Source: Lachnospiraceae bacterium
Lineage (GTDB): Bacteria > Bacillota > Clostridia > Lachnospirales > Lachnospiraceae
Assembly (NCBI GenBank): GCA_024682075.1
Contig: JAIKZQ010000050.1
Coordinates: 40,718-104,717, forward strand
DNA: 64,000 nt
Direction of reading: 5' to 3'
The translations under genes and the position numbers were made by a program. This document shows positions 27,975 to 36,940 of this stretch, piece by piece. Every line of letters starts with the position of its first letter. Positions within the stretch are counted from its first letter, which is position 1. The notes under the pieces are model-generated. The model was given only the letters and a program-made list of their open reading frames with translations, was not told where the DNA came from and searched no databases.

Positions 27975-28212
27975 TGCTTACAGGTGCCTGTATCCGGGCC
28001 AAAACAGTCATATCTTTCCGCCAAAAACGGAGATGACAATACGGGTACGGGAGAATAGGGAAGCGGGTGTGATTCCCGCACGAACGCGTCGCCGTGACGG
28101 TTTATGGCGTTCACCTTTTGTCCGGCAGACAAGCCCATTGAAGCCAGCACACGTGCTTTGAGAAGGTGGTGAACAGTCGCTTTAAAAACCCCAGCCGAAA
28201 GACCTGCCTGTG
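27975..28212 (+). ncRNA. Cobalamin (B12) riboswitch
   Basis: acAGGTGc...aatAGGGAAgcgGGTGtgAtTCCcgcaCGaaCgcgtCgCCGTga...gcCCATTG...ttGAGAAGGt...aGCCGAAAGACCTGCCtgt matches the B12-element boxes; it precedes DUF4430 and ECF S-component genes. Confidence 0.88.
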
Positions 28213-28333
28213 ACTTATGTTCCAAGCCCCGCGTAATGGGTAAAGGATGCCTTTTTATGCACCGGCAGGGTGCACCTTTTTGGTGTGCAAATGAAACCCT
28301 TTGTCCGATGCTGTTAAAGTGTCTCTTTTCATT

Positions 28334-28360
28334 TCCGGGGGAAACCCGGATTTTTTATTT
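28334..28360 (+). terminator. Putative riboswitch-controlled intrinsic terminator in the leader
   Basis: tccggg-ggaaa-cccgga followed by ttttttattt, between the aptamer and the start codon. Confidence 0.6.
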
Positions 28361-28450
28361 TCCGAAAGCAGGTACAGGGGATCACAAAAGGCTCTCCGCA
28401 CAAATCATGCCGATAAGCATTTTCCGGATGCAAAAGGAGTATATGAAAAA

Positions 28451-29263
28451 ATGGAAAAGAAAAAAGGTCTTATCATCGGAGTCATTGTACTTGCGGTACT
28501 GGTTGCGGCATTCATCGTTGTCTACAACATGACCAAGCCCGGATCAGGCAATTCGGGAAATCAGCAGGTGGCCACCGGCACTTCAGCTGATTCTGCCGAA
28601 GGAACTTCAGGACTCAAGAACATCACAATCGAAGTAAAAGGTTCGGACGGAAACACCGTATCTTATGCCGTTTCCACCGAGGCAGAATTCCTCAGACAGG
28701 CAATGGATGAGGCTGAAGGCCTTACCTACAGCGGAACCGAGAGCGATTTCGGAATGATGGTCGAAGTGGTAAACGGAGAACAGGCTATCTACGCCGTTGA
28801 CAACGCTTACTGGGCATTCTATGTAAACGGCGAGTACGGACAGTATGGTATTGATTCACAGCCCGTTACTGACGGCGATACATATTCGATCGTTTACGAA
28901 CCGGCTGAAGTCATCCCCGAAGAGACTGCAGATACAACCGGTGAAGTTGATGCGGAGGATGAAGGAAGCAAGCACATCATAATCGAAGTCACAAGCGCTG
29001 ACGGAACCAGCGTTACCTATGAAGTCGCTACCGATGCCGAGTTCCTCAGACAGGCAATGGATGAGGCTGAAGGCCTTACCTACAGCGGAACCGAGAGCGA
29101 TTTCGGAATGATGGTCGAAGTGGTAAACGGAGAACAAGCTATCTACGCAGTTGACAATGCTTACTGGGCATTCTATGTAAACGGTGAGTACGGTCAGTAC
29201 GGCATCGATTCCCAGCCCGTTGAAGACGGAGATACATATTCAATCGTATACGAAGCAGCATGA
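28451..29263 (+). CDS. Membrane-anchored protein with two tandem DUF4430 (transcobalamin C-terminal-like) domains; probable cobalamin-binding protein
   Basis: N-terminal TM IIGVIVLAVLVAAFIVVY; two near-identical copies of ...AYWAFYVNGEYGQYGIDSQPV.DGDTYSIVYE; under a B12 riboswitch; ATG at 28451 after aaggag. Confidence 0.82.
   Translation: MEKKKGLIIGVIVLAVLVAAFIVVYNMTKPGSGNSGNQQVATGTSADSAEGTSGLKNITIEVKGSDGNTVSYAVSTEAEFLRQAMDEAEGLTYSGTESDFGMMVEVVNGEQAIYAVDNAYWAFYVNGEYGQYGIDSQPVTDGDTYSIVYEPAEVIPEETADTTGEVDAEDEGSKHIIIEVTSADGTSVTYEVATDAEFLRQAMDEAEGLTYSGTESDFGMMVEVVNGEQAIYAVDNAYWAFYVNGEYGQYGIDSQPVEDGDTYSIVYEAA
28688..29136 (+). repeat. Intragenic direct repeat with 354-bp period; 95 bp perfectly identical (28688-28782 vs 29042-29136)
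   Basis: ttcctcagacaggcaatggatgaggctgaaggcc...gtaaacggagaaca occurs twice; downstream similarity continues with mainly third-position changes. Confidence 0.92.
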
Positions 29264-29271
29264 TGACAAGC

Positions 29272-29310
29272 AAATGCCTGCGGTCAGATCAAAGTCCGCA
29301 GGCATTTTTA
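29272..29310 (+). terminator. Stem-loop / intrinsic terminator between the DUF4430 and S-component genes
   Basis: aaatgcctgcgg-N12-ccgcaggcattt followed by tta. Confidence 0.65.
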
Positions 29311-29360
29311 TGATTTACCTCATTCAGAGATTTTTTTCGGAGCAGTTTATTCATACAGTT

Positions 29361-29888
29361 ATGAAAAAAGGATTCAGCATCAAGGATATCGCATATATCG
29401 GAATGGCCGTCGCGCTTATTGAAAGCTGCAAGATGGCTCTTGCTTTCCTGCCCAACATCGAGCTGACATCCTTCTGGATCGTAATGTTCACTCTGCTGAT
29501 GGGCTGGAAGGCTCTTGTGATCATACCTGTCTTCATTGCTGTTGAGGCCGGGCTCTACGGTCCGCACGTATGGGTCATAATGTATCTGTATGTATGGCCG
29601 ATATTGTCCATACTGACGCTTATATTCAGGAAAAACAATTCAGCGCTCTTCTGGGCCCTGGTATCCGGATTCTTCGGGCTGGCATTCGGTCTTTTATGCA
29701 CCCCGGCACAGGTCATTCTCCTAAGCAAGCCCGACTCGCTGCAGAAAGCCTTCAAGGCGGGTTTTACATGGTGGGCCGCCGGAATACCTTTTGACGTGGC
29801 GCACTGCATCGGCAACTTCACACTGATGCTTGTGCTTTACCATCCTATCAGGGTCGCGGTCAATAAACTTCGCCACGAGCCCCGGTAA
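29361..29888 (+). CDS. ECF transporter S component, CbrT-like (cobalamin); start uncertain
   Basis: KDIAYIGMAVAL, FLPNIELTSF, FGLAFG and GIPFDVAHCIGNF; about six TMs; downstream of the B12 riboswitch. Confidence 0.8.
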   Translation: MKKGFSIKDIAYIGMAVALIESCKMALAFLPNIELTSFWIVMFTLLMGWKALVIIPVFIAVEAGLYGPHVWVIMYLYVWPILSILTLIFRKNNSALFWALVSGFFGLAFGLLCTPAQVILLSKPDSLQKAFKAGFTWWAAGIPFDVAHCIGNFTLMLVLYHPIRVAVNKLRHEPR

Positions 29889-29924
29889 ATGATCCTCACT
29901 GAATGAACGATCAATTACCGCAAC

Positions 29925-29964
29925 AAAAAAGGTCTTCCCCGACAGATTTGGGGAAGACCTTTTT
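29925..29964. terminator. Bidirectional intrinsic terminator
   Basis: aaaaaggtcttcccc-N9-ggggaagaccttttt between convergent genes. Confidence 0.88.
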
Positions 29965-29965
29965 A

Positions 29966-31042
29966 TCATATTCTCATCTCGGTATCGGGATCAAACAGAT
30001 ACACGCTTTCATACGGCACTGAAAATTCCATCTCCGTATCCATTGCGGGTGTGTTGTGAGGATTGACCTTTAATATTGCCTTATCCTCCCCGATGTTCAC
30101 ATACACGTTCGTATTGTCACCCAGCATCTCGGTAAGCTCTACCGTGCATTTCATTCCGTATGCTCCATCCGTGATCATGGGCACAATGGCCTCGGGCCTG
30201 AATCCGATGATGATGTCCCTGCCCTCGTAAGCACCGATCTTATCAGCAAAATTCAAGCCGAGATCGATCTCATTGCCACCGATCGAAGCTTTGCCGTCTT
30301 TTACGGCTGTTCTTATGAAGTTCATCGGAGGCTCGCCTATAAACCCTGCAACGAACACGTTCACCGGATCAAAATACAATTCCTTGGGAGTGCCGATCTG
30401 CTGAACAACTCCCTCCTTCATGACTACGATCCTGTCAGCCATGGTCATGGCCTCGGTCTGATCATGCGTTACATATATCGTGGTAGCTCCGGTCTCCTTA
30501 TGAATGTTGGTGATCTCGGAACGCATCGTGACTCTCTGCTTGGCATCAAGGTTAGACAGAGGCTCATCCATGAGAAAGATCCCAACCTTTCGGATGATCG
30601 CACGTCCCACGGCAACACGCTGTCTTTGTCCGCCTGATAAAGCTCTGGGATATCTGTCGAGATAATCCGTAAGACCCAGGACAGCCGCAACCCTGGTCAC
30701 CTTCTCTTCTATCTCATCTTCATCGACTCCCTGGAGAGTCAGTCCGTAACCGAGATTATCATACACTGTCAGCTGCGGATACAGCGCATAGCTCTGGAAC
30801 ACCATTGCGATCTCTCGCTGTCTGGGTCCCAGCTCATTTGCACGCTTTCCTTTTATGAGGAATTCTCCCTTACTGATATCTTCGAGTCCCGCGATCATTC
30901 TGAGCGTCGTTGATTTACCGCACCCGGAAGGTCCGACAAAGACAATGAATTCTCCCTTTTCAATGGACAGGTTGAAATCATGAACGGCATGGAATCCGTT
31001 GGGATATATTTTGTTTATGTCTTTAAGTTCCAGATATGCCAT
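29966..31042 (-). CDS. MalK/MsmX-type sugar ABC ATPase (copy 2)
   Basis: GPSGCGKST, LSGGQRQRVA, FLMDEPLSNLDAK, YVTHDQ and C-terminal TOBE-like region. Confidence 0.93.
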   Translation of the reverse strand: MAYLELKDINKIYPNGFHAVHDFNLSIEKGEFIVFVGPSGCGKSTTLRMIAGLEDISKGEFLIKGKRANELGPRQREIAMVFQSYALYPQLTVYDNLGYGLTLQGVDEDEIEEKVTRVAAVLGLTDYLDRYPRALSGGQRQRVAVGRAIIRKVGIFLMDEPLSNLDAKQRVTMRSEITNIHKETGATTIYVTHDQTEAMTMADRIVVMKEGVVQQIGTPKELYFDPVNVFVAGFIGEPPMNFIRTAVKDGKASIGGNEIDLGLNFADKIGAYEGRDIIIGFRPEAIVPMITDGAYGMKCTVELTEMLGDNTNVYVNIGEDKAILKVNPHNTPAMDTEMEFSVPYESVYLFDPDTEMRI

Positions 31043-31057
31043 AAGTCTCTCTCCCGG

Positions 31058-31705
31058 TCACGGTTTCCTGACCTGTTCCTTAGCATCTTTTATGATGCCG
31101 GCAAATACATTTTTCATTTTGATGAGCAGCAAGTCAAAGCCTGTGTAAAGTGCTCCGTACAATATCGGCTCAACTCCCAGAGCCAGCATGTCCGATGCTC
31201 CCGTCACATTTGCCGCGAAAGCATTGACTGCGGCATACACTGTCATGACGAAGAAAAGGATCACAAAAGAATAAATGATATTGAAAATGAAGTTCCTGTA
31301 TCTTTTGTCAGGGAACATCATGTATTTATCATTTGCTCCCTTCGTGCTTTCCGTGAATCTGAGCACATTGTTGACCAGAAGATCGGTAAACACGCCGCCC
31401 GCGAGTCCGAGAATGAAGAGCTGGTCAAGCATGTCGGTGATGTATAACCCCAGTCCCCATAAAAAGAGAAAGCATACGCATCCTGCGAACCACCACTTGA
31501 TCAGTATCGCCCTGATGAGCGGTCCGCCCTTAAACTTCACCTTCCGTCCGGTGTATCTGGCGATCTCCTCATCGGAAACCTCAGGTGAATTATCCTCGGT
31601 CGCATTTACAAGTTCGTCTATTGCCTCGCTGTGGAGATCGTAATAGTTGCTCTCGATATCGGCCTTATCTTTTTTTTCGTCGATCGAAGTCTTCTTTTTG
31701 CTCAT
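31058..31705 (-). CDS. Uncharacterised membrane protein (about 4 TM) in the ABC operon
   Basis: Soluble N-terminus YYDLHSEAIDELVNA, then hydrophobic segments; tightly packed with its neighbours. Confidence 0.75.
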   Translation of the reverse strand: MSKKKTSIDEKKDKADIESNYYDLHSEAIDELVNATEDNSPEVSDEEIARYTGRKVKFKGGPLIRAILIKWWFAGCVCFLFLWGLGLYITDMLDQLFILGLAGGVFTDLLVNNVLRFTESTKGANDKYMMFPDKRYRNFIFNIIYSFVILFFVMTVYAAVNAFAANVTGASDMLALGVEPILYGALYTGFDLLLIKMKNVFAGIIKDAKEQVRKP

Positions 31706-32289
31706 TGATCATCCGAAAGTTCAATCTCACCCATCTGATCATTGCCTTCGATCACCACTCCCGTGGGGATCATGTTAAGGAGCTTTTTGTAAACCGGGAT
31801 GAGCAATGTCAGCACTGAGGCTATGATCAGGAGTATCTCATGTGTATACAACATATTATACGCCTTTGCGATATACACTTCGAGCTTGACCGGATTCTCC
31901 GATCTGGTAAGCGCGGTCTTTACTATCTCTCTGTATTTGAAATCACAGAAGAAAACCACGGCAGTCATGGCAAACATCAGTATGAGCATCGGGTAATTGG
32001 GCTTTTTTCTCCTCGGAAAAGAATTCATGAAACATACTATGAGGAGAATGGAAAAGAGCATTGTGATGAATCCGTAGAGTCCCATGTTCCTGCCAAGTAT
32101 CCTTGCGGTTGTGTTGGACACATTCGTAAGTCCAAGTGAATAAACGCAAAAAGCGATAATGAAGATCAGGAAAGGGATATTCTGCGGACGGCGTTTGAGT
32201 GAGACAATGAATTTACGTAAGAATTCAGGTCCTTTGAAGATGCCGCTGCCCTTCTTTTTATTTTCTTTAGCGCTCTTGCCCATTTTCAC
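31702..32289 (-). CDS. Uncharacterised membrane protein (about 4 TM) in the ABC operon
   Basis: KRRPQNIP followed by TM segments; 4-nt overlaps with both neighbours. Confidence 0.75.
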   Translation of the reverse strand: MKMGKSAKENKKKGSGIFKGPEFLRKFIVSLKRRPQNIPFLIFIIAFCVYSLGLTNVSNTTARILGRNMGLYGFITMLFSILLIVCFMNSFPRRKKPNYPMLILMFAMTAVVFFCDFKYREIVKTALTRSENPVKLEVYIAKAYNMLYTHEILLIIASVLTLLIPVYKKLLNMIPTGVVIEGNDQMGEIELSDDQ

Positions 32290-33359
32290 GCCTCCGGACG
32301 AATAGCATTTGTCGTTTCTTTATCGAAGAAGTGGCATTTTGTGAATCCCACATCGACATAGTCACCATCTTTGTAATCGCACCAGCCCTTGAACTTGCCG
32401 GTTATCTTTACCGTCGAATCCCCGAGACGTCCGTGAACCAGCGTGTTCATTCCGAGATTCTCGTTGGATGTTATCCTTACCTTAATGCTTCCGCCGGGTC
32501 TTACATCTTCGGGGCGGACGCCGAGAGTTACCTCTTTGCCGTTATAGGATGCGAGCATGTCCTTCTCTGCAGGGAGCAGTTCCATCTTAAACTGTTCGCA
32601 TACAGCATTCCCGCCATCGATCTTCACATCAAAGAAATTCATGGGAGGAAGTCCTATGAATCCCGCAACAAAGAGATTGGCAGGATTATCATACAGTTCA
32701 AGAGGTGTGCCTATCTGCTGAACATGTCCCATTGACATGCACACGATCCTGTCAGCAAGAGTCAGTGCCTCCGTCTGATCATGTGTAACATACATCATCG
32801 TGGCACCGAGTCTCTTATGGAGCAAAAGTATCTCACGTCTCGTAGATCCACGAAGTTTCGCATCGAGGTTGGATAGAGGCTCATCAAAAAGAAAGAGCTT
32901 CGGACTTCTTACTATCGAACGTCCCATTGCAACGCGCTGACGCTGACCGCCGGAAAGCTGTGCAGGCTTTTTGTTGAGCTGTTCTGTAAGTCCCAGTATC
33001 TCGGCTGCGGCAAGGACCTTCTTATGAATGACATTGGGATTTTCCTTGCGAAGAGTGAGCGAAAAAGCCATGTTCTCATACACGGTCATATGTCCGTAAA
33101 GAGCATAATTCTGGAACACCATGGCCATGTCACGGTCCTTGGGAGGAGTCTGGGTGATGTCCCCCCCGTCCATTATGAGATGACCGCCGGAAATGTCTTC
33201 AAGTCCGGCAACCATTCTGAGCGTTGTGGATTTTCCGCATCCCGAAGGACCGACGAGAACGATCAGTTCACCGTCTTTGATATCAAGGTTAAAATCATAT
33301 ACTGCCTGTACCTTGTTGTCATATATCTTTTCAAGATGCTGCAGGGATAATTCAGCCAT
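32286..33359 (-). CDS. MalK/MsmX-type sugar ABC ATPase (copy 1)
   Basis: GPSGCGKST, LSGGQRQRVA, FLFDEPLSNLDAK and YVTHDQ. Confidence 0.93.
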   Translation of the reverse strand: MAELSLQHLEKIYDNKVQAVYDFNLDIKDGELIVLVGPSGCGKSTTLRMVAGLEDISGGHLIMDGGDITQTPPKDRDMAMVFQNYALYGHMTVYENMAFSLTLRKENPNVIHKKVLAAAEILGLTEQLNKKPAQLSGGQRQRVAMGRSIVRSPKLFLFDEPLSNLDAKLRGSTRREILLLHKRLGATMMYVTHDQTEALTLADRIVCMSMGHVQQIGTPLELYDNPANLFVAGFIGLPPMNFFDVKIDGGNAVCEQFKMELLPAEKDMLASYNGKEVTLGVRPEDVRPGGSIKVRITSNENLGMNTLVHGRLGDSTVKITGKFKGWCDYKDGDYVDVGFTKCHFFDKETTNAIRPEA

Positions 33360-33864
33360 TTGACTGCTCCTTTAGTAATGCCTTTTCATGAGATGAGAGT
33401 TCTCCGCACCTGATCAGACCCACGACCGCAGAGATCACGCAGCATGCTCCCGATGCAAGAAGGTATGCGGAAACAAGTGTGAACTGTCCTTTGCCCATGA
33501 CTTTTGTGACCACGTCACCGACCGCATAATCCGCCTGTGTGGCCTTGAGAGGAAGAAGGAATATCCTCACCACCTGTATGATGCCTATGAAGATCAGGAA
33601 GAAACTGTAATTTCTCTTATAGCTCTTAACTCCTTCGGAACACAGGAATGCGGCCAGCATGAAGAGAAGGTTATAAACAATGGATATGCCCATCCTCATC
33701 TGATAATAATATGTTCCCACCTCGTAATTGATGTCGGATGCATAGATGTTGATGAAATAAACGACATCAAACAGGATGGCCAGATAGGCGAGGCCGGCAG
33801 AAAGAGTATTCTTGGTATAGCGCATGCGGTCTATCCGCGTGAACTTTTCATCCGCTTCCATCAT
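33352..33864 (-). CDS. Uncharacterised membrane protein (about 4 TM) in the ABC operon
   Basis: DRMRYTKNTLSAGLAYLAI...; ATG at 33864 overlaps the upstream stop (ATGA). Confidence 0.72.
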   Translation of the reverse strand: MMEADEKFTRIDRMRYTKNTLSAGLAYLAILFDVVYFINIYASDINYEVGTYYYQMRMGISIVYNLLFMLAAFLCSEGVKSYKRNYSFFLIFIGIIQVVRIFLLPLKATQADYAVGDVVTKVMGKGQFTLVSAYLLASGACCVISAVVGLIRCGELSSHEKALLKEQSNG

Positions 33865-34451
33865 GCCGCCTCCTTTCCGGATTGTAACAGCTTCTTCTCG
33901 CCGTCCATCAGCACGAATTTCCATACGAGCGTGCCCGTAAGAAGAAGGCAGGAAATTATCGAGAAACCGAAAACATATATGTGAACGTCAAACCAGAACG
34001 TTGATTCCGTATAGTATGAATTCATGAGGTCGGCATAATCACGAAATGCCTGAAAATCAACCTCAGTCAGGAACTTGTTTTTATACATGTCTATCTGTCC
34101 GGATGCCCAGACAGTTACTGCTATATTGGCTATAACGTTAGCCATTACGGCGAAGACATTACCGACATAATATCTTCTGCGGATATGTGTATTGGTCACA
34201 AACAAAAGAAGTGAGATCAGAATGAGTGCAATGCCTGCATGAAGAAAACTTTTGTTAAAGGCCTGCATGTCGTAATAGATAAGCGAACCCGCGATCGGAT
34301 TCCTGTCAGGGTTTTCGGTACTTCTTATAGAATAATAGAATGACTCGTAAAGGTCACTCATTATGCCCAGAGAATAGGCAAAAGTCACGACCGATGATGC
34401 GAGCATTATGAAGCAGACTATCTTCTGCATTATCATCTGTTTCTTGTACAT
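33861..34451 (-). CDS. Uncharacterised membrane protein (about 4 TM) in the ABC operon
   Basis: Four hydrophobic segments, RRRYYVGN loop and FWFDVH. Confidence 0.75.
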   Translation of the reverse strand: MYKKQMIMQKIVCFIMLASSVVTFAYSLGIMSDLYESFYYSIRSTENPDRNPIAGSLIYYDMQAFNKSFLHAGIALILISLLLFVTNTHIRRRYYVGNVFAVMANVIANIAVTVWASGQIDMYKNKFLTEVDFQAFRDYADLMNSYYTESTFWFDVHIYVFGFSIISCLLLTGTLVWKFVLMDGEKKLLQSGKEAA

Positions 34452-34556
34452 TGGAAAATCCCCGTAAGTTTTTCAAATTCCCGGCCCCGAACCGCCGCAG
34501 CAGTCCGGGACCGTAGTATTTGAATCAAGAATCAAAAATCTTTACATGCCTCAGGA

Positions 34557-36866
34557 TCAGTTTCCGAGTGAAGCATAGAAATCCTGATCCTCTTCCCATG
34601 CCGTGTTAAGGATGGTAAGGTACTGTCTTCCGTTATAGGTATCTGCAACCGTTGCAACTGCCTCTGAAGGTGAGCCGAATCCTGCAACTGCTCCGCCGTT
34701 TCCGCTTACGATGATGTTTACAAGAACATTGATCTTATCGTCACCCTTTGCGGAACTGAAATTGGTAGCAAGATCTGTGTAGCTGTTGATCAGATCGTTA
34801 TCAGCAGTTGTGGTAGGAAGAGTTGCGGGAACTGATGTATACCAGCTGTTCTCAGCAAGTCCGAGCTCGGGATGATGGATCGTTCCGAGACCGATAGCAG
34901 TTGAGATATATCCTGCACCTTCACGGCCTGCCGCTGTGGTGCACTGATACTCGAATGCCTGGCTCTTCATGAACGAAAGAGTTGATCCGAGGAACTGACG
35001 TGCATAGTTGGTATAGTTGCCGCTTGCCTTCTCCCAAAGCTCTGCCCTGGTAGCGTCTGAGATCTCAGGCATCTCTACTCCGTTGAAGCTGAAGGTTACA
35101 TAGCTTCCGTCGGAATTGGTCTTGATGAATGCATCGGGACCGTAAGACATGAGAATGGTTCCTTCTGCGCTGTATGCATAGTCAATGAGCTTAAGTGCTG
35201 CGTAGAGCTTGTCCTGGTTGCCTTCAACGCCTGCTGCGGAGATTCCCCATCCGTCAGTCTTGACTGATCTCCAGGACTCGGTAAATCTCATGTATACGCC
35301 GTCAGCATTTGTTCCGTCATACCAGCGTGCGACGGGAACCATGACTGCCATGTATCTCTCACCTGCATCTGCATCAAGCACGCCCTGCTCGTTGTAGATG
35401 GTCTGAGTCTGGTTGTAGTCATAGTGCATGAATCCGTTGTCATTCTCAAGATAGCTCTTGGTGCTCTCACTCTGAGAATTGACAAATGCCTCGGAGATAA
35501 GCCCCTCCTTGACCATGTCATACATTCTGAGAAGTGCTTCGTAGGTCTCTTCTTCCTGACGTGCGTCATGAAGCTGTCCGTCGGTTCCGACATAGAGATA
35601 ATCCTGACGTGATTCAAGTCCTCTTACACCAAAGAGAGTTCCGCAGAATCTGAACATGTCAACACGTCTCTGGTTATTTGCATCCTCACGTGAGAACACA
35701 CCCTGAACAGAATCGGTTCCGTTGAGTGTCTGAGGGTTAGCAACAACGCATCTGAGAAGAGCAACGAGTTCATCGGCATCCCATGCTGCGTTCTGTCCTA
35801 CAAAGAGATTGGAACGGGTTGTTCCGTAATATCCGTCGTATGCAACATCGATATAGTTACGAAGCATGTTGACTGCCTCAACTCCGCTGAGGGTTCCTGC
35901 ATCGTTCATGAGCTGTACGATATTGCCGGCTGCATCATAATTCTTGGTGATGGTCTCAACGGATGTTCCGTCAAGAGATACGACTTCAATATCAACGCTT
36001 CCGGACAAGGGCATGTAGGGCTGATATGCAGCAGGCTTGGTGTTATTGCATGCATCAGCGGTAAACTCGCCTTCGCCGTCAAGAAGTGCCACTACCCAGT
36101 CGGTTCTCATGAGGGGCATTCTCTCGATGTCATCAACACCGTCGAAATAAGGGCTGAAGTAGATTGCACCTGTGTCTACGTTTCCGGTAATGGAAAGGCG
36201 GACAATGGGATTTGCTTCAAGATAAGCCCTGAAATTGGGCATGAGATCAAGATACTCTGCGATATTGACGATAGCTCCGGTCTCACCGAACTCATTGAGC
36301 TTGGTTGCGGTACCGGATACCATGTCAACCTGATCAAGCTGCTCTTTCCAGTAATCGAATTCCTTTGCAGCGGAATTGCCCTGGTATACGCTTGTGAAAG
36401 TCATGCCGAGACGATTCTGAACTTCAACCCAGGTCGGCTTAAGATCGCCTGCCATATAGGTATTGCCATCTGCAAGAGTAATGGTAAGACCTGAGTAAGC
36501 TTCCTGTTTTGCTTCCTCGATCGCTGCAGCGATCTCCTCTTCGGTCTTGCCGTCAGCTTCCATCTGTTCTCTGATGGCATCTTCATCAACAGTGACCTTG
36601 TTAACCTTTGCGATAGTCTCAGAATCAAAGACTATTCCCGTTGCGGCACTGTTGTAACCGGTAGCCATGCGAAGCTCTGTTCCTGCGGCAAACGCAAGTG
36701 GATCTACCGCAACTTCCTCTCCGCCATTACCTTCGTCGCCGGTAACTGTTGTCACAGGCTCGGTCGAGTCAGGCGTAACGGGTACTTCTATCGTATCACC
36801 GCAGCCTGCGAGCATTGTAACCGCCATGCATGATACCAGAAGCATCGATACTAACTTCTTTTTCAT
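34557..36866 (-). CDS. Large extracellular solute-binding lipoprotein (carbohydrate ABC SBP-like)
   Basis: RBS aggagg then MKKKLVS...MLAG/C lipobox; NIAEYLDLMPNF, IYFSPY and LKLIDYAYS..G...MSYGP; ATG at 36866. Confidence 0.85.
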   Translation of the reverse strand: MKKKLVSMLLVSCMAVTMLAGCGDTIEVPVTPDSTEPVTTVTGDEGNGGEEVAVDPLAFAAGTELRMATGYNSAATGIVFDSETIAKVNKVTVDEDAIREQMEADGKTEEEIAAAIEEAKQEAYSGLTITLADGNTYMAGDLKPTWVEVQNRLGMTFTSVYQGNSAAKEFDYWKEQLDQVDMVSGTATKLNEFGETGAIVNIAEYLDLMPNFRAYLEANPIVRLSITGNVDTGAIYFSPYFDGVDDIERMPLMRTDWVVALLDGEGEFTADACNNTKPAAYQPYMPLSGSVDIEVVSLDGTSVETITKNYDAAGNIVQLMNDAGTLSGVEAVNMLRNYIDVAYDGYYGTTRSNLFVGQNAAWDADELVALLRCVVANPQTLNGTDSVQGVFSREDANNQRRVDMFRFCGTLFGVRGLESRQDYLYVGTDGQLHDARQEEETYEALLRMYDMVKEGLISEAFVNSQSESTKSYLENDNGFMHYDYNQTQTIYNEQGVLDADAGERYMAVMVPVARWYDGTNADGVYMRFTESWRSVKTDGWGISAAGVEGNQDKLYAALKLIDYAYSAEGTILMSYGPDAFIKTNSDGSYVTFSFNGVEMPEISDATRAELWEKASGNYTNYARQFLGSTLSFMKSQAFEYQCTTAAGREGAGYISTAIGLGTIHHPELGLAENSWYTSVPATLPTTTADNDLINSYTDLATNFSSAKGDDKINVLVNIIVSGNGGAVAGFGSPSEAVATVADTYNGRQYLTILNTAWEEDQDFYASLGN

Positions 36867-36940
36867 ACTAATCCTCCTTAAGATTAAGTAACAACTATTA
36901 TTCGGATCCTTCATCCGGAATAATCTGGTTTTAGGCAGGA

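Noticed and set aside
28301-28450. ORF-track extensions on the DUF4430 gene, and likewise on the S component, SBP, CE17 and AEC genes
   Set aside because: They run through riboswitch leader, terminator or upstream coding sequence. Downstream ATGs fit signal peptides, RBS positions or stop/start overlaps better.
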